Positions 41,400-42,688 of a stretch of DNA of 42,688 bases are shown piece after piece. The stretch comes from Patescibacteria group bacterium. Its GTDB lineage: Bacteria > Patescibacteriota > Minisyncoccia > Phycocordibacterales > VMEP01. Below the pieces are notes generated by a model. It was not told the DNA's origin and did not search any database. It was given only the letters and a program-made list of their open reading frames with translations. The position numbers and the translations under genes were made by a program. Each line of letters starts with the position of its first letter. The first letter of the stretch is position 1. The stretch lies in the NCBI GenBank assembly GCA_038063255.1, contig JBBTVL010000015.1:1-42688 (forward strand). The letters are read 5' to 3'.

Positions 41400-41900
41400 A
41401 TGGCATTAAAAAAAGAAAAAAAGATAGAAGTAATTGAGACGCTTAAGAAAGCTATTAAAAGCGCAAAGTCGCTTGTGTTCGTGAATTTTCATGGGCTCAC
41501 GGTGGCCGATGTAACAACGCTTAGAAAGCATCTTGTGAGCTTGGGGATTGGATACAAAGTTTCCAAGAAAACGCTTTTGAAGCGCGCCCTGGAAGACGCC
41601 AAGTTTGAAGGAACGATGCCCGCGCTTCCAGGAGAAATAGCGCTGGCGTACGGCGAAGATCTGCTTGCTCCGTCGCGTGAGATTTACAACTTCCATAAAG
41701 ACCACAGAGAGACGATTAAAATCGCCGGTGGAATTTTTGAAGGTAAATTCTTGGATGCGGAGGCGATGCTTTCCATAGCGATGATTCCTGGAAGAGAAAT
41801 ACTGCTTGGACAATTTGTAAATATTATCAATTCTCCGATTGCGCACTTTGCAGTGATATTGGGACAGATTGCCAGAAAAAAAGAAACAGCAGTAAGTTGA
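41400..41900 (+). CDS. rplJ: 50S ribosomal protein L10
   Basis: 166 aa with K..VIE.L......AKSLVFVNFHGLTVADVT.LR and the position before rplL. Confidence 0.9.
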   Translation: MALKKEKKIEVIETLKKAIKSAKSLVFVNFHGLTVADVTTLRKHLVSLGIGYKVSKKTLLKRALEDAKFEGTMPALPGEIALAYGEDLLAPSREIYNFHKDHRETIKIAGGIFEGKFLDAEAMLSIAMIPGREILLGQFVNIINSPIAHFAVILGQIARKKETAVS

Positions 41901-41908
41901 TAAGTCAG

Positions 41909-41970
41909 AAAAGTTGAATAAGTTCGATAAGTTTAGAAAGGGAACTTATTAAACTAAAGCGAAGCGTAAC
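41909..41970 (+). repeat. rplJ-rplL spacer element homologous to the secE upstream element
   Basis: aaaagttgaataagttcgataagttt...gaacttattaaactaaagcgaagcgtaac. Confidence 0.6.
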
Positions 41971-41995
41971 CTATTAAACTAATTAAACTAAAACA

Positions 41996-42361
41996 ATGTC
42001 AGATAAATTTAAAAATCTTATAGATGAAATAGACAAAATGTCAGTAATAGACCTTCATGAGCTGGTGAAGACTCTTGAAGAGAAGTTTGGAGTCTCCGCC
42101 GCCGCAGTTGCAGCAGCGCCAGCTGTTGGTGCTGCCGTAGCCGAAGAGAAGGATTCATATTCTGTTCATTTGGTTGATGCCGGAGCGCAGAAAATTGCTG
42201 TGATGAAAGTGGTGAAAGAAGCGCTCGGGGTAGGTCTTAAAGAGGCCAAAGACCTTGTTGACGGCGTACCGTCGCTTCTTAAGGACGCGGTAAAGAAAGT
42301 CGAAGCGGAGGAAATTAAGAAAAAAATAGAAGGTGCTGGTGGTAAAGTAGAGCTAAAGTAA
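41996..42361 (+). CDS. rplL: 50S ribosomal protein L7/L12
   Basis: 121 aa with an Ala-rich hinge and C-terminal [26 protein letters not shown]. Confidence 0.95.
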   Translation: MSDKFKNLIDEIDKMSVIDLHELVKTLEEKFGVSAAAVAAAPAVGAAVAEEKDSYSVHLVDAGAQKIAVMKVVKEALGVGLKEAKDLVDGVPSLLKDAVKKVEAEEIKKKIEGAGGKVELK

Positions 42362-42494
42362 CTACTTTGCTTCGTATCTGAAGTCCCGCACCTACCCAGG
42401 CCGAGCGCGGGTGCCGAATAGGCACAAACCTTTACGGGCGAAGCGGGAGACTGTATGACCTTATGGTGCTGGGGTAAAACTCAAATAAAAAGAA

Positions 42495-42524
42495 CAAAAA
42501 AAGACCCGAAAGGGTCTTTTTTTG
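42495..42524 (+). terminator. Intrinsic terminator downstream of rplL
   Basis: aaaaaagaccc-gaaa-gggtcttttttt. Confidence 0.8.
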
Positions 42525-42525
42525 T

Positions 42526-42553
42526 TTGACACAACCAAGGTCTTGAATATACT
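42526..42553 (+). promoter_or_regulatory. Sigma70-like promoter TTGACA-16-TATACT
   Basis: TTGACA at 42526-42531 and TATACT at 42548-42553, followed by AAGGAG and ATG 42585. Confidence 0.6.
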
Positions 42554-42584
42554 TCTCTCCAGATAATTACAAGGAGATCTTTGT

Positions 42585-42688
42585 ATGGAACTACCACCAC
42601 GCGCAATAGTTGCAATTGGGGTAACGCTCTGTCCTCACTGCAAAACCGACAAGACTCCTTATCCAAAAGGAAGAATTGTTGTTGAAGG
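42585..42688 (+). CDS. Partial CDS (5' end only), CPHC-containing, not rpoB
   Basis: AAGGAG 7 nt upstream. MELPPRAIVAIGVTLCPHCKTDKTPYPKGRIVVEG... runs off the window. Confidence 0.4.
   Translation, partial: MELPPRAIVAIGVTLCPHCKTDKTPYPKGRIVVE

Overview
This is an AT-rich, compact, gene-dense bacterial chromosome segment. By inference it looks like a reduced-genome CPR/Parcubacteria-type organism: the housekeeping genes have no Shine-Dalgarno, a four-helix-bundle gene is present, rplA is absent from the L11/L10 neighbourhood, and there is a giant PG-binding surface protein. Housekeeping content: 3' part of tRNA-His, secE-nusG-[four-helix-bundle]-rplK, folA, argS, ileS, recO, glyQS, metG, tatD, rpsF-ssb-rpsR, efp, recA, ftsK and rplJ-rplL. 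It also holds ZIP, DoxX, SIMPL and AI-2E membrane proteins, an ArsR-type regulator, a TPR protein and a 1157-aa surface protein. Interspersed are several visibly G+C-richer patches (about 2.3-4.3, 7.2-10.3, 12.0-13.0, 25.2-25.8, 39.5-41.1 kb). Their genes are mostly unrecognisable, and unlike the housekeeping genes they carry canonical AGGAGG ribosome-binding sites. The best candidate for an undescribed system is the 6.7-10.3 kb block. It contains a thymidylate-synthase-fold enzyme with the cytosine-specifying Asp, and this gene is operonic with a GalT-branch HIT protein. Divergent from that pair is an HldE-II-like nucleotidyltransferase, translationally coupled to an unknown-domain::dCMP-deaminase fusion. 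All of this sits next to folA. Other notable items: an IleRS with an apparently intact histidine-phosphatase domain inserted in its catalytic core; a family of ~100-125-nt leader hairpins whose 3' arm ends exactly at position -1 of start codons, with compensatory changes between copies; an 84-bp structured tandem repeat; several hairpin-repeat families; a glyQS 5' remnant; and a non-canonical EF-P loop. I saw no rRNA, CRISPR array, transposase or integrase. All domain calls come from reading motifs by eye and no searches were run.
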